Origin: Promethearchaeota archaeon Loki_b32
Lineage (GTDB): Archaea; Asgardarchaeota; Lokiarchaeia; Sigyniarchaeales; SOKP01
DNA length: 64,000 nt
NCBI GenBank assembly: GCA_005223125.1
Contig: NJBH01000002.1
Location: 96,001 to 160,000, forward strand
Direction of reading: 5' to 3'
Below are positions 20,945 through 31,910 of the stretch, one piece after another. The notes beneath the pieces are model-generated. The model was not told where the DNA came from and searched no databases. It saw only the letters and a list, made by a program, of their open reading frames with translations. Both the position numbers and the translations under genes were made by a program. Numbering within the stretch: the stretch's first letter is position 1; the number at the start of each line of letters is the position of its first letter.

Positions 20945-21652
20945 TTAATAGCAATTTGAAAATATTAAATCCATCTGCATATCTATGTAATTTTCATTCT
21001 GATATTCACACGCACTACAAATTAAGTGAGTTATAGTACTTAAATAATTTATAATATCCTCTAATTCATCTGAATATTTTACTTGATTAAAACTAGAAAC
21101 ATTTAGAAGGAGTTCTTCATATTTGCTTTGTGAAAATGAAGACTTCTGTTTTAATAATTGATTATGGATTGCCATATATTTCATTAACTCCAAATTTTTA
21201 TCAGATGGCTTCAAAATAAATATTGATTCTATTTGCATCCAAATATGAAATGCTAGCTCTTCTAATATCGATGAAAATGCATATCTTTGCTGAACTGCTT
21301 TTAAAAAGAACTCTCGATATAATGGATAAAGATCATCAATTCTACTGACTTTAAAATTTACTATATTATTAATTAAATGGTCTAAAATCCCGAGGATGTT
21401 ATCGTCAATTCCCTCTATAACTGGAGGACTTGAAAGAATGAGGCAACCCGTTTTTTTAGTCAAATGAACATGACCTAACTCATGAATTATATCATAATCT
21501 TTACCTGATTCATTGAGAATTAAAATATACGTCTCTTGTGCCTGATCAAACTTAATACTAGTCTTAGAAGAAGACATAATCAGATTAATATTTACATTAT
21601 TTATGGATAATAAGTCTTTGTAATTATTTACTTTTTGAATCCATTTTTCCAT
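20945..21652 (-). CDS. HEXXH zinc metallopeptidase-like protein
   Basis: DIIHELGHVHL; last gene of the long minus-strand cluster. Confidence 0.65.
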   Translation of the reverse strand: MEKWIQKVNNYKDLLSINNVNINLIMSSSKTSIKFDQAQETYILILNESGKDYDIIHELGHVHLTKKTGCLILSSPPVIEGIDDNILGILDHLINNIVNFKVSRIDDLYPLYREFFLKAVQQRYAFSSILEELAFHIWMQIESIFILKPSDKNLELMKYMAIHNQLLKQKSSFSQSKYEELLLNVSSFNQVKYSDELEDIINYLSTITHLICSACEYQNENYIDMQMDLIFSNCY

Positions 21653-21662
21653 AAATATAACC

Positions 21663-22586
21663 TCAAAGTTTATAAAAAATGATATTCTCTCCTTTAAATG
21701 CTATACCCAGACCAGAATTTAGATCTCGAATTCTATATTCTAAATTGTTTTTATCGAAAATAATCTGTTCAAGTTTAAATTTTAATGAATTTTGCACTAT
21801 CTTATATATTTTTTTTATTTTTGACTTAATAGCGGTTTCTCCTTTAATAATCTCTTTTTCTACCCGTTTTAGATTCTTAATTAAAATATTACAATAATTT
21901 TTATCTACTATATTATATTGCGTAATCACCATTCCACCTCCAGGACAAAAATAAGTAGTTCCATCATCCATAACGATGGGAGTATTTGTCCCCCCATTTC
22001 TCCATAATTCTCTATCACTGTCAGAGGTTTTTTCACATGAATTCATTCTAATTTTAAATCGTGCAATTAAACTTGGCCAATTTCTGTGAACAATATTTAT
22101 TATTTCCTTGTTTGTCCAATCTTTATGAGTTAAAATCTGTATAAAATAAAAATGATTCTCGTCGAACATTGCAAACAGTATTTCATTTTGACCCTTTGAA
22201 AGTCTTTTAAGACCTTTAAATCCTCCAAGATGTAAATGATATGTTCCCCATTCATTAAGTGTCACATCTGGAAAATCTAATTTCTTTAATTTTCTACTTA
22301 AAAAAGGAGTAAGGTCTTCTCCTTTTATAATTCTATTCTCTAAGTCTTTAAGATTATTTTCAAGTCCTTTTGGACAATTAAATTCTTTTGATTTTAAAAT
22401 AGTTCTAGGTTTAGACTCAATTAAACTCCGATTTAAGTTCATATAAAGAAGGCATAGTTCATCAACATTATCCAAGTTCTTAATTTTCTGCTCATATTTC
22501 ATTTCCTTAAGTCGTTTGCTATTTTCTCTTATCATAGCTTTTAAAATTTCTTTAAAATCCTTAAGTAAATTAATTTCTATCATCAT
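21663..22586 (-). CDS. Conserved hypothetical protein (possible nuclease/toxin)
   Basis: GEDLTPFLSR...LNEWGTYHLHL...ILFA..YFIQILTH..W..HRNWP conserved-looking block. Confidence 0.6.
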   Translation of the reverse strand: MMIEINLLKDFKEILKAMIRENSKRLKEMKYEQKIKNLDNVDELCLLYMNLNRSLIESKPRTILKSKEFNCPKGLENNLKDLENRIIKGEDLTPFLSRKLKKLDFPDVTLNEWGTYHLHLGGFKGLKRLSKGQNEILFAMFDENHFYFIQILTHKDWTNKEIINIVHRNWPSLIARFKIRMNSCEKTSDSDRELWRNGGTNTPIVMDDGTTYFCPGGGMVITQYNIVDKNYCNILIKNLKRVEKEIIKGETAIKSKIKKIYKIVQNSLKFKLEQIIFDKNNLEYRIRDLNSGLGIAFKGENIIFYKL

Positions 22587-22609
22587 TAAATCATTGCATT
22601 AAAAAATTT

Positions 22610-24028
22610 TTATAACTTTTCTAATTTCAAGCATTTCGAAGCCATGATCCCAATTAAACGAGTCAATTCTAATTCAAATCCTCTTGAAATATCTTCACAT
22701 CTACTGAGACAATGTCCTGTCTCATGAATTAAGGTCCCAAAATAATGCTCTAATTTTCGTAAAGTACTTCTTTTTATAATTATTGTTCCAGTAGATTCTT
22801 CCCAAAGTCCATCAACTTCTCTGAATGTATAAGGATCTTTTCTCATTGTCTCGGAAATCTTTATTTTTCTTACTCTTCTTGGTTTTCCACCAATAAGCTC
22901 GAAAATTTTATCTGTTAAATTATAGATTTTCTTTTCTGATTCATTTAACTCTTCATGATCTATGAACTTAAATTCAAAACTTTCATGATCTTCAATGATA
23001 AATTGATCGATATCTCTGATAACATTACCTGAAATATCTTTTAAATCATGAATTTTTTCTCTTAAGCTATCTGGGATTGTAACTATATTCATTCCTCTAG
23101 ATTTGGCATCATCTATCAGATGAAAAGAATTTTGGATTTCAGAAGAAGTAACAAAAATTGCATTTAATTTTGAGCTAAGAATGCTTACTGCATGCTTTTG
23201 AACATCAATCCAACTTAATTCGTCATGATTTGTCCCTTGCTCAATCTTTTGTAAGTCTTCCATTAGCATTTTTGCAATATTTTCACCCTTGCAAGATAAT
23301 AGTATTTTCATAATTCTATCCCGGTATGCATTTCTCCCTACATTAGTTCTCTCTCTGTTTAATGCTTTTCTTATTTGTTTTGTTAAAGATGTAATGTTAT
23401 AACTAAATAGAAAGTATTCCTCTTCTGCCACTTTAACTCCATTTATATAGATAAATGCTTTTTCTTTAGTATTTTTATAGACATCTCCATAATCCGTTGA
23501 TTCAACTAATTTTTCCCCTGAAAACCTTAAAAATAATGCTTTTGCATTTTCTATACTCTCCACAGTAATATCTCCTAATAGAACATCGGTACCGATTAAA
23601 TCTGGGTCTGATGGGTGCAAGATCACTGCATGTAAGGTGTCTATATCTTCGAATCCATGCTTTTCGGATGTTTCTATCGTGATATCTCCAAATTTTGATT
23701 TGAGTAAAACATATACGCCATTTCTATCAAAAGTTGCTAATGCGTCTTTTAGACCTATTCCAAATTTTCCAATTAAATTTGGGTTCTCTAATTTCTCTTG
23801 ATTTTCATTCTGAGTTAAGTGATCATATTTGAGACCTCTACCGAAATCTCTTATATGCCAAAACCCATCTTCATCTTGAAAGACTTGTATATCTTCTGTC
23901 CCTGTAATCTTCTGTTCATCTATTGCATTAGCGATGACTTCCCTGATACCATGATGAACTTCCCAATCCTCTAAAATCTTTTCTATATTTAAATCAAAAC
24001 TTCTTTTGTCTTTCATAATTCCTTTCAA
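22610..24028 (-). CDS. GHKL (HATPase) ATPase, MPN635-like, with C-terminal HEXXH
   Basis: IREVIANAIDE, IRDFGRG, IGKFGIGLKDA, GT; C-terminal LIHETGH. Confidence 0.82.
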   Translation of the reverse strand: MKGIMKDKRSFDLNIEKILEDWEVHHGIREVIANAIDEQKITGTEDIQVFQDEDGFWHIRDFGRGLKYDHLTQNENQEKLENPNLIGKFGIGLKDALATFDRNGVYVLLKSKFGDITIETSEKHGFEDIDTLHAVILHPSDPDLIGTDVLLGDITVESIENAKALFLRFSGEKLVESTDYGDVYKNTKEKAFIYINGVKVAEEEYFLFSYNITSLTKQIRKALNRERTNVGRNAYRDRIMKILLSCKGENIAKMLMEDLQKIEQGTNHDELSWIDVQKHAVSILSSKLNAIFVTSSEIQNSFHLIDDAKSRGMNIVTIPDSLREKIHDLKDISGNVIRDIDQFIIEDHESFEFKFIDHEELNESEKKIYNLTDKIFELIGGKPRRVRKIKISETMRKDPYTFREVDGLWEESTGTIIIKRSTLRKLEHYFGTLIHETGHCLSRCEDISRGFELELTRLIGIMASKCLKLEKL

Positions 24029-25464
24029 CCTTCTTTTTCCATTTCTTCTAAATGCTTTTTAATTTCTTCATCCCCTGGACTTAATTCATTTGCTTTTAAA
24101 TAAGCTTTTTTAGCTTTTTCTAGATCTCCATTGTATTCATAAGCAATCCCTAAATTATCCCATATCATTGCATCATCTGAATCTGTCTCTAAAGCTTTCC
24201 TATAATGATCAATTGCATTCTGATATTCATCTATACAAATATAAGCTAAGGCAATATTAACTAAAGCATCAATATCATCTGGAACCTGATCTAAGATATT
24301 TTTATAGATCTTAATAGACTCTTCAAAATTTTTTGTTTCATAGTACGATTCGGCTAGACTGTGAGCATCTTCAATTGTAAATCCATTAGGAGCATATCTT
24401 GCTCCTATTTGATATACACGAATCTCAGTTATTCCGTCCTTAATTTTTGTATAAAATGAGATGGTATCGATTTTTATAATTCGATGATTATAACCAATTA
24501 TCTCGGTCGGGACTCCTTCTGGAGATAGTTTTTCCATATTATATATTGGTTGAGAATCAATATAATGAAAAGTTATATCTTTTCTTGTATCATCCATCGA
24601 AATTCTAAAATTAACATCAAATTTCGTAATTTCATAATCAGAATAATTTAGAAATCCTTGGGGGCTCTGTGTTAGGAGATTTCCAATTAAGTCAGGAGTT
24701 AATTCAGGTAAAGTTTCTCCCTCATCAATTTTAACTTCCCTTCTATAAATAATAGATTTTGTAGGGGGGCGTTTTTCCCTCTCTACTTTAAAATTTTGAG
24801 TATAACTCTCATACTCATCAATATCGGTTTGTTGAGCATTAATTTTATCGTCTAACTCTAAGCTATAGAGTTCCTCAGAAAAACGAGATCTTGCTTCATC
24901 AATCCAATCTTCGTCTGATATTTCTTCTAAATGGAATAGATTAGCCTGTATTTCTCTCAAGATATAAGATTTAATAGCAACGTGAAAATCTGAATATTGA
25001 TCACTATTTCTTAATTCTAAAAAATATTTATATTTCTGCTGACCATTTAAGTTGTCCAGCTTTGGGGATAATTTTACACTAAACGACTTAACGATATCAT
25101 CAAACCAAGATTCGAATTTACTTACTCTATAAATCTTGAGTTCAATTTGATCTTTAGCTTTAGAGAAAAAAGAAGCAATATCCATTCTATGGATGTTTTT
25201 TGATATTTTGAACTCCTTTATTTTATTTGCTTCATTTATAATTGGTGTCTTATATTTAAAACTGAGTGTGAAATCCTTGCGAGTGTTTTTTAGAATCCCC
25301 CGGAAATTTAATGGAAAATTTTTCACTTCATATTTCATAGAAGTAGGCATTGAGTTAATCCCTCCTATAAGACCTCGTTCTTTCAGATATTCAATTATAT
25401 CCTCTATTGTTAATCTAGAAATCTCTTTTACTAACTCTTTATATAATAATTTTTTTACTGTCAA
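24025..25464 (-). CDS. TPR-repeat protein with an uncharacterised N-terminal region
   Basis: Three C-terminal TPRs (ALVNIALAY, IWDNLGIAY...AYLKANELSP); GAGGTG upstream of the TTG start. Confidence 0.82.
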   Translation of the reverse strand: MTVKKLLYKELVKEISRLTIEDIIEYLKERGLIGGINSMPTSMKYEVKNFPLNFRGILKNTRKDFTLSFKYKTPIINEANKIKEFKISKNIHRMDIASFFSKAKDQIELKIYRVSKFESWFDDIVKSFSVKLSPKLDNLNGQQKYKYFLELRNSDQYSDFHVAIKSYILREIQANLFHLEEISDEDWIDEARSRFSEELYSLELDDKINAQQTDIDEYESYTQNFKVEREKRPPTKSIIYRREVKIDEGETLPELTPDLIGNLLTQSPQGFLNYSDYEITKFDVNFRISMDDTRKDITFHYIDSQPIYNMEKLSPEGVPTEIIGYNHRIIKIDTISFYTKIKDGITEIRVYQIGARYAPNGFTIEDAHSLAESYYETKNFEESIKIYKNILDQVPDDIDALVNIALAYICIDEYQNAIDHYRKALETDSDDAMIWDNLGIAYEYNGDLEKAKKAYLKANELSPGDEEIKKHLEEMEKEG

Positions 25465-25473
25465 AATCTCACC

Positions 25474-26958
25474 TCATTTTCTTTTTTCTAAATTAAAATT
25501 ATATTCTAATATCTCATTATACCATTCTAATAAAAATTCTTGCTCAACTCTTCCATTGATTAGAATAAATTGAGCAAAATTATTTAATTCAGAAATCTCT
25601 GATTTAATAAATGCTTGTAAAGAATCGATTTGTCCAAGGGGTATCTCTCGATATGGAATGTGAAATTTTAATGGAATTCTTATTATTTTTATATTTTCAA
25701 ACCCTAATCTAGTGTAAATTTCTCTAAATATATTGCATCCTCCTAGGTCATAATCTAACCATACAAAATATTTAATTTCTGGATTATTTCTAATAATTTT
25801 TTTAAGAATTGACTTCCTAAAATGTCCAGAAATTCCCATTCCTTTAATAAAAATAAGTAATGCGTTATTCTCAGTAGCCCAATTATCTAATACCAGTTGA
25901 GCAAACACCGCGAGATTTTCGATAAGCAAAACTATATCTGCATTCAGCTCAATAGAATTAATATTACTATAAGATAAATTAGAAAATGAAACTGATGGTC
26001 CAGCAATCTTAATAGATTTTCCATTCTGCATTTTTAAAATTAATTCTCCAGAAAATGTAAATGAATCTAATGCCAGTATAAGACCAATATCTTCACAATT
26101 CTTACTCGAAAAGTTCTTTATAATGGAATTAATGTCATTTGAGTATTTATCAAGGACTTTAGAAGGATCTTCATTGAATGAGAGTTCTGATTCCTGAAAT
26201 GCTCTTGCTGATACTTCTCGTAATGTTAAATTGTCTCGATAAATTTGTAACCATGTACACAATCCGTATAAAATAATTAGAAATTTTGGAGGATTGGTTG
26301 CTGAGTTCTGAGGTTTAATTGAGGTTCCGTTATTCTTTATCCATTCAGGATTTCCTTCCTTTAATAATTCTAATTGAACATTTAATAAAGAAAAAATGAT
26401 TTTCTTGTTTGCCTCTAAATCATCTTTATTAAAGATATCTAATGTATTATTAATTTTTTCAATTCCAAGAGCTATTTGCTCTTCTACATTTAAGAATCCA
26501 GTTAATTCTTTCAGCTCTTGTTTTCCATCATCTGTTAAAGAATAATATATTTTTTCATTATTAGATGTTTGAATAACATCAATTCTTTTGAGGATTAACC
26601 CTTTTTGAATAAATCCTTCTGAGATTTCATCAAGATCTTGATTCTTATAATAATTCTTTAATTTCTTTTTCCAAATATTTTCATTGATTTTATCATCCCA
26701 TAGTACTGAGATAATTGATCTGAAGAACGCTAATTCATTTTCTTCGAAATTATAATTTTCAATTGGAATTGTGCAAGTAATTAGTTTTTTTTCTTTTCTA
26801 CGTTTTCCCCAAGTCATTTTATGTAGTGGACATTCTTTAATTTCGAAACTATGAATTACCTGATAAGGCCCCTCAGTTATTTCATATACTTTATTAACCC
26901 ATTCAAATGAATCTGAGGGACATTCGCAAGGTTTTTTCTTAATGCTCTCGGATGGCAT
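25474..26958 (-). CDS. jetD: Wadjet JetD-like Toprim (TopoVI-A-like) nuclease
   Basis: LREVSARAF..DPSKVLD; Toprim LIENLAVF, WLDYDLGG (DxD), VEQE; follows the SMC gene. Confidence 0.82.
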   Translation of the reverse strand: MPSESIKKKPCECPSDSFEWVNKVYEITEGPYQVIHSFEIKECPLHKMTWGKRRKEKKLITCTIPIENYNFEENELAFFRSIISVLWDDKINENIWKKKLKNYYKNQDLDEISEGFIQKGLILKRIDVIQTSNNEKIYYSLTDDGKQELKELTGFLNVEEQIALGIEKINNTLDIFNKDDLEANKKIIFSLLNVQLELLKEGNPEWIKNNGTSIKPQNSATNPPKFLIILYGLCTWLQIYRDNLTLREVSARAFQESELSFNEDPSKVLDKYSNDINSIIKNFSSKNCEDIGLILALDSFTFSGELILKMQNGKSIKIAGPSVSFSNLSYSNINSIELNADIVLLIENLAVFAQLVLDNWATENNALLIFIKGMGISGHFRKSILKKIIRNNPEIKYFVWLDYDLGGCNIFREIYTRLGFENIKIIRIPLKFHIPYREIPLGQIDSLQAFIKSEISELNNFAQFILINGRVEQEFLLEWYNEILEYNFNLEKRK

Positions 26959-29830
26959 CAGTTAAATCTCTTACTCGTTTTATTTCTTTATCAAAATTAA
27001 TTAATGTAATCTGAGATTCTTTATTTTGATTTTTCCAAATTTGAATAATATGGGGAAATATTCTTATATAACCGGGTGTAGGGGTATATGGAGATATGCA
27101 AATTAATTTTTTATTAGGTAAATGTTGCTCGATGACCCTTGCTAGAAGTTCCTTATGGTCATCAGCTATATTTTGATCAAACTCGTCCCATACCGAAAAT
27201 GGTGAAGGAGATTCGGCTAATATTGCGATCTCAAATGCTATAGAAGCTCTAAGTCTTTCACCTTTACTAAAATTCGCATATTCGATAGCATCTAATGACC
27301 CATCAATTGTATTTGAGACATTTATATTTAATTGATAATCTCCCTCAATTTCTGTTGGATTGAACTTTAATTCTCCATCTAAATTAAGCCCTCTCATTAC
27401 TGATCTGTAACGACGACTTACTATATCTTGCCATTTAATAAGCTTGTCTTTTAAATTATCAACAGCAATTAAAAATGTATTTTGGCATTCATTTTTTTCA
27501 TATTCATATTGTTGATTTAATTCTTCCAAAGTTTGAATATCTTTTTTAGAAACTTCATAAATTTTGACAATTGAGGAATCTATATCTTGATACTGATCAA
27601 GGGCTGATCTCGTCTCAATAATTCTTTTTTCTAATGCTTCTAATGTTTCAGAAGGTTTCTTGATTTTGTGTAAAATTGTCTTAGCTTCATTGGTTATCGC
27701 ACGATACTGAAAATTTTCATCAATAATATAGTTATCAACTATTGAAACTGTTTCTTGGTTATCCTCAATATTTTCCAAGAGAGTCCAATTCTCTACTAAA
27801 TTATTAAACGTATTTGCGGTGTTCGTTAAATCTTTTATTAATATAGTTAGTTTATTTATATTTTCATTAATAGAATTTTTTTTTTCTTCCCTAGTTTTTT
27901 TAAATCTTTCATTATCCTCTTTCAGACGCTCTATATTTTGTCTAGGAAATGAGAGTATAGAAATTAACTCATTTAATCTATTAGATAAATCTCCTTTTTT
28001 TTCTATAATTTCATCAATATCTTTCTCTTCTTCTCTCAATGCGAGATATTCTAATTTTTTATTTATTGTTTCTAGATTTTGCTGTCTTTCTGAAATTTCA
28101 GATTTAAAATCTCCCATTTGCTTCTTCAAATTTTCTATAAGCATAAATAATCGATTTTTTTCTTTCTCAGGTGCGCCTTCTCCTATCATGTAGGGGGTAT
28201 TGATAAAATGGAATTTTCTTTGAGAATAAATATTATAGGTGTACCCATCTTGGCAATAAATTCTAGAATAAGGGGCATCTTCTAAAAATAATTCCTTTTC
28301 TTCAAAAGTATTCGCGAAATAAAAATTATGCATCATTAAATTCATTAAATCTTCAATTGTTTCTGAAGGAAGTGATTGGGGGCACACTTCTAACAAGTCT
28401 GACCAATCTCGTAATCCTTTTTTTCCCTTTAATACATAATTTTTTCGAGGACTTAAAATAATTGCATCTGATTTTAAATCTCTATTGATTTTTTCAGCAA
28501 TCCTGCCGTGTTTTTCATCAACAACTATACCTGTTTTATATGAAGCTAAAATATTTTCAATATATTCTTGCCATCTTTCAGTTCCTTGTTTAAAATCCAA
28601 AGTCTCATATAATAATTCAGAGTTGATATCTCTTTGTTTTAAGGCATTTTGAACCTTGAAGATATCAGAAGGAATATCAAATTTCTTTTGTTCTAATTCT
28701 TTTAATTTTTTATTATACTCGCGATATTCTCTTTGGATAATTACCAAGTTTGCCTTTATTTCATCTAACTTTTGTTCTTTTTGCTCTTTTTCTTCTTGAA
28801 TGAATAATTGATCAGATATCTCTGAAAGTTCTATATTAAGATTTTGTAAATATGAGATAACAACTTCGTATTTATCTTTATAATTTCTTATCTCATATTC
28901 CATATCATAGACTTCTTGTTGTACTTTATCCTTCTCTTCTTTTTGGGATTGGAATTTTTCTTCTATATTAGTGATTTTAGTTTTATTGTTTTTTATCTCA
29001 TTTCTTAATCTTTCAATATCTTCCTTTAACTTTTCATTCTCTTCATAAATACTTATAAAATCTTTTTGGTTATCATCAAAACTATTAAATGTAAAATGGA
29101 TTTTTGCTTTAAGTTCCTTTATTTGAAGTTCTGCCAAATACCTCTCAAACTCAACCTTTTTTTGATATCTTTTGTAAGTTGCTTCAATATTTTGGAATTT
29201 TATATAAAACTCCCTTAATTTATCATTTGCTTCATCTAATTTCTTGTCAGCCTCATCAAGCTCATTTCTTGTTATTTTAACCTTTTCTTTATAATCTTCG
29301 ATTCCAATAAATTTTGAAACTGCATTATATCGTTCTTTCGGCGATTTTTGAGTCCATATTGCGGTCTGTTGATCATCAATAAAAATAAGAGGGTCTTTCC
29401 ATTCTCCGAAATTTTTTAACTCTTCTTTAGTAATTTTTTTTTCCTCTCCTTTAATTCTTATATAACGTCTATTCCTCTTTTTCTTACCTTTAAAGGCCTC
29501 AAGACCTATAGTTATTTCTTCGTCAATTGGATAGATATTTAGGGCATCTGGGCCTGTATTTAATACAGCTAATTCAATTTTAGCATGATTCTTATAGACT
29601 TTACTTTTAGTACCCCCTTCTTCAATTTCCTCATAAGTAAAAAATTCATTATCTCGTTCAATTTTTCTTCCTAAAACATACTGTACTGCATTAAGGATGT
29701 GTGACTTACCTGAACCGCTACTTCCAGTAACATAGCAACGATCACTGAGATCTCCGAAGGAAATAATCGTATTTTTATGACTTCCAAAATTTTGTAAAAA
29801 TAATTGTTTTAGTATAGGATAACTACCCAT
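26939..29830 (-). CDS. jetC: Wadjet JetC/MksB-like SMC ATPase
   Basis: Walker A GSSGSGKS, long coiled coils, hinge-like ELLYETL..WQEYIENIL, signature FSKGE, Walker B VWDEFD. Confidence 0.82.
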   Translation of the reverse strand: MGSYPILKQLFLQNFGSHKNTIISFGDLSDRCYVTGSSGSGKSHILNAVQYVLGRKIERDNEFFTYEEIEEGGTKSKVYKNHAKIELAVLNTGPDALNIYPIDEEITIGLEAFKGKKKRNRRYIRIKGEEKKITKEELKNFGEWKDPLIFIDDQQTAIWTQKSPKERYNAVSKFIGIEDYKEKVKITRNELDEADKKLDEANDKLREFYIKFQNIEATYKRYQKKVEFERYLAELQIKELKAKIHFTFNSFDDNQKDFISIYEENEKLKEDIERLRNEIKNNKTKITNIEEKFQSQKEEKDKVQQEVYDMEYEIRNYKDKYEVVISYLQNLNIELSEISDQLFIQEEKEQKEQKLDEIKANLVIIQREYREYNKKLKELEQKKFDIPSDIFKVQNALKQRDINSELLYETLDFKQGTERWQEYIENILASYKTGIVVDEKHGRIAEKINRDLKSDAIILSPRKNYVLKGKKGLRDWSDLLEVCPQSLPSETIEDLMNLMMHNFYFANTFEEKELFLEDAPYSRIYCQDGYTYNIYSQRKFHFINTPYMIGEGAPEKEKNRLFMLIENLKKQMGDFKSEISERQQNLETINKKLEYLALREEEKDIDEIIEKKGDLSNRLNELISILSFPRQNIERLKEDNERFKKTREEKKNSINENINKLTILIKDLTNTANTFNNLVENWTLLENIEDNQETVSIVDNYIIDENFQYRAITNEAKTILHKIKKPSETLEALEKRIIETRSALDQYQDIDSSIVKIYEVSKKDIQTLEELNQQYEYEKNECQNTFLIAVDNLKDKLIKWQDIVSRRYRSVMRGLNLDGELKFNPTEIEGDYQLNINVSNTIDGSLDAIEYANFSKGERLRASIAFEIAILAESPSPFSVWDEFDQNIADDHKELLARVIEQHLPNKKLICISPYTPTPGYIRIFPHIIQIWKNQNKESQITLINFDKEIKRVRDLTDAIREH

Positions 29831-30494
29831 TATTAGGTTCCTCCTCTTTCTTTTGTTGAATTACATCCATCACACTTAATTGTCTAGTGGTTGGTTTAAG
29901 TATTTTCCTCAATTCTAAATAATCTTTAGGCAAATAGGGTTCTAAATTAATATCAGTATATTCTTCATCTATTTCTCTTAATATACGTTTAAGCATTTCT
30001 GGAGAAATACAGGCTTTTAAGACTGTTGTAGGGTGGTATATTATAATATTCTCTCTTTTAATTTCTATTATCCATCGATTGTGTCTTAACTCTCTTAATA
30101 TTCCTCTCAATTCATTCGCACTTATACTGGTTGATTGTAGTTTTTGTTCTAAGAGATCAAAGGTTGGTCCCTGAGAATATTCAAATTCATGAAGAAGAAT
30201 AATACAAACAAGTGCTATTGCCTTATTTGAAATTGCTCGCCTTTTTGATTCATAAGCATCAGGATTTATGATAATAGGAACAATTTTATCTTCAGTCTCG
30301 ACAATTTGAAGAATTCCTTCGAAATATCGATTTGTCGTTATAATAAATTTTTTAATTTCTTCTGTATTGGGGAAATTTAATAATTTTGAACTTATACCTG
30401 GACCTTTAGATGTTCCTTGAAGAATTATAGAAATCTTTCTCAAAGTTTCTTTATCTAATCCCATTTTATCATAATTATATAAATCTTTCTGCAT
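29823..30494 (-). CDS. jetB: Wadjet JetB/MksE-like (KITE, winged helix) protein
   Basis: Size and position; wHTH ELRGILRELRHNRWII...YHPT; overlaps both neighbours. Confidence 0.6.
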   Translation of the reverse strand: MQKDLYNYDKMGLDKETLRKISIILQGTSKGPGISSKLLNFPNTEEIKKFIITTNRYFEGILQIVETEDKIVPIIINPDAYESKRRAISNKAIALVCIILLHEFEYSQGPTFDLLEQKLQSTSISANELRGILRELRHNRWIIEIKRENIIIYHPTTVLKACISPEMLKRILREIDEEYTDINLEPYLPKDYLELRKILKPTTRQLSVMDVIQQKKEEEPNNG

Positions 30495-31858
30495 TAATGT
30501 CCCTCCATTATTTTTTCATCAATTATATTATATTTTCTAGCAGTAAATTTTTCAATATATCTTTTGGAATCATTAATTATACGAAATTTGTTTTCAAGTT
30601 GGATTTTCTGTTCAAGAGATAGAGTATAAAACATTAATAAGTTTTCTAGAAAAGTACGAGGTTTTTTATTCTTTACGATTTGGTAATCTTCCTCTGGATT
30701 AAATTTAATTGCTTTCTTTAACAGTTCTTCCTTTAACGGAATAAGATCTGATTTTTCCACCACATTTTCAATAAAAGATTTTTCCTCCAAAATAGAGCTT
30801 GGAGCTTCGGGTAATTCTTCAAATTCCGTATCTTCTACTTTTCTTAGAACATTGATTAACGCTCTTTTTACATAATAAGAATTGATTTTCATAGGATATT
30901 GTACTGGAATAGCACAAGTATTACAATTAAAAAATATCTCTTGCCAATTTTTATTGGTAAAATTATTGAGAATAAAATCTTGCATTTTAATAAAGGGAGT
31001 CTCTAATAGCCCACCTCTTGATTTTGCCAATTTAAAGTCGTATTTTGCAGAAGCTATATTTAATAATTGAATGACCGCATCAAATATGCTAGTGCTAATT
31101 TGAACATGATGTTGAATAGTCAGACTTGAATTTCCCAATTCATCCTTATTTTGAAATTCTAAAATTTGATCTATTAATTTATGAATTTCACGGATTTTTT
31201 CATCGATATCGGGATCTTCTAAAATAATATTTCCTTCTCGTTTTAAATTTTCTACAAAATCTTTTAATGCATTAATTAATCCATAAATCCAATTCAATTC
31301 TAACCCGTATTGTTCAAAACTTATAAAAGAACGTATCATTTCAACCATAACAAATAAATCCTCGAAAATTCCATAACGCTTCATTGCGATTGTTTCTAAC
31401 TTGAGTTTTTGGTAAGTATGAACGAGAAATTTTCCCATAGAAGTAAGTTTTAATATCTCCCCAATATTTTGAAGAGGGCTTAAAATGGATCTTCCTGTAA
31501 GTTTGGATAAGAGATCTTCAAATTTTTCCCATGAAATAGATTCAAAATCTTTGCAAAAACCTTCGAATATTGAATATTTAGATTGTTCTCCTTCAAAACT
31601 TCTCTTCATTCCAATATAGAATAAAATTTTCATTGCTGTATTTAAATCCTCTTGATTGGAAAATTTCCCCATATTTTTTCCAAAGGATAATAACATTTTA
31701 TCAGCAGCTTTTGATTCATGAGAATCACATGACATAACTTCATCGATACTTATTTTTGGAATAAGTTTCCTTAAACTATCTTGAGTTTCTTTTGAGAGAA
31801 AAAAACTGTTCTTTTTTGATTCAATTTCATTTTGGGTATTTTCTATATTTTCTTTCAT
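30494..31858 (-). CDS. jetA: Wadjet JetA/MksF-like kleisin
   Basis: 454 aa with N-terminal wHTH (LKLTSMG) and helical bundle; first of an A-B-C-D gene order. Confidence 0.6.
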   Translation of the reverse strand: MKENIENTQNEIESKKNSFFLSKETQDSLRKLIPKISIDEVMSCDSHESKAADKMLLSFGKNMGKFSNQEDLNTAMKILFYIGMKRSFEGEQSKYSIFEGFCKDFESISWEKFEDLLSKLTGRSILSPLQNIGEILKLTSMGKFLVHTYQKLKLETIAMKRYGIFEDLFVMVEMIRSFISFEQYGLELNWIYGLINALKDFVENLKREGNIILEDPDIDEKIREIHKLIDQILEFQNKDELGNSSLTIQHHVQISTSIFDAVIQLLNIASAKYDFKLAKSRGGLLETPFIKMQDFILNNFTNKNWQEIFFNCNTCAIPVQYPMKINSYYVKRALINVLRKVEDTEFEELPEAPSSILEEKSFIENVVEKSDLIPLKEELLKKAIKFNPEEDYQIVKNKKPRTFLENLLMFYTLSLEQKIQLENKFRIINDSKRYIEKFTARKYNIIDEKIMEGH

Positions 31859-31910
31859 TTAACTTCTACTTATTCTTTCTTTTAATTAGGTTTGCTAAAT
31901 TAATTTTTTT

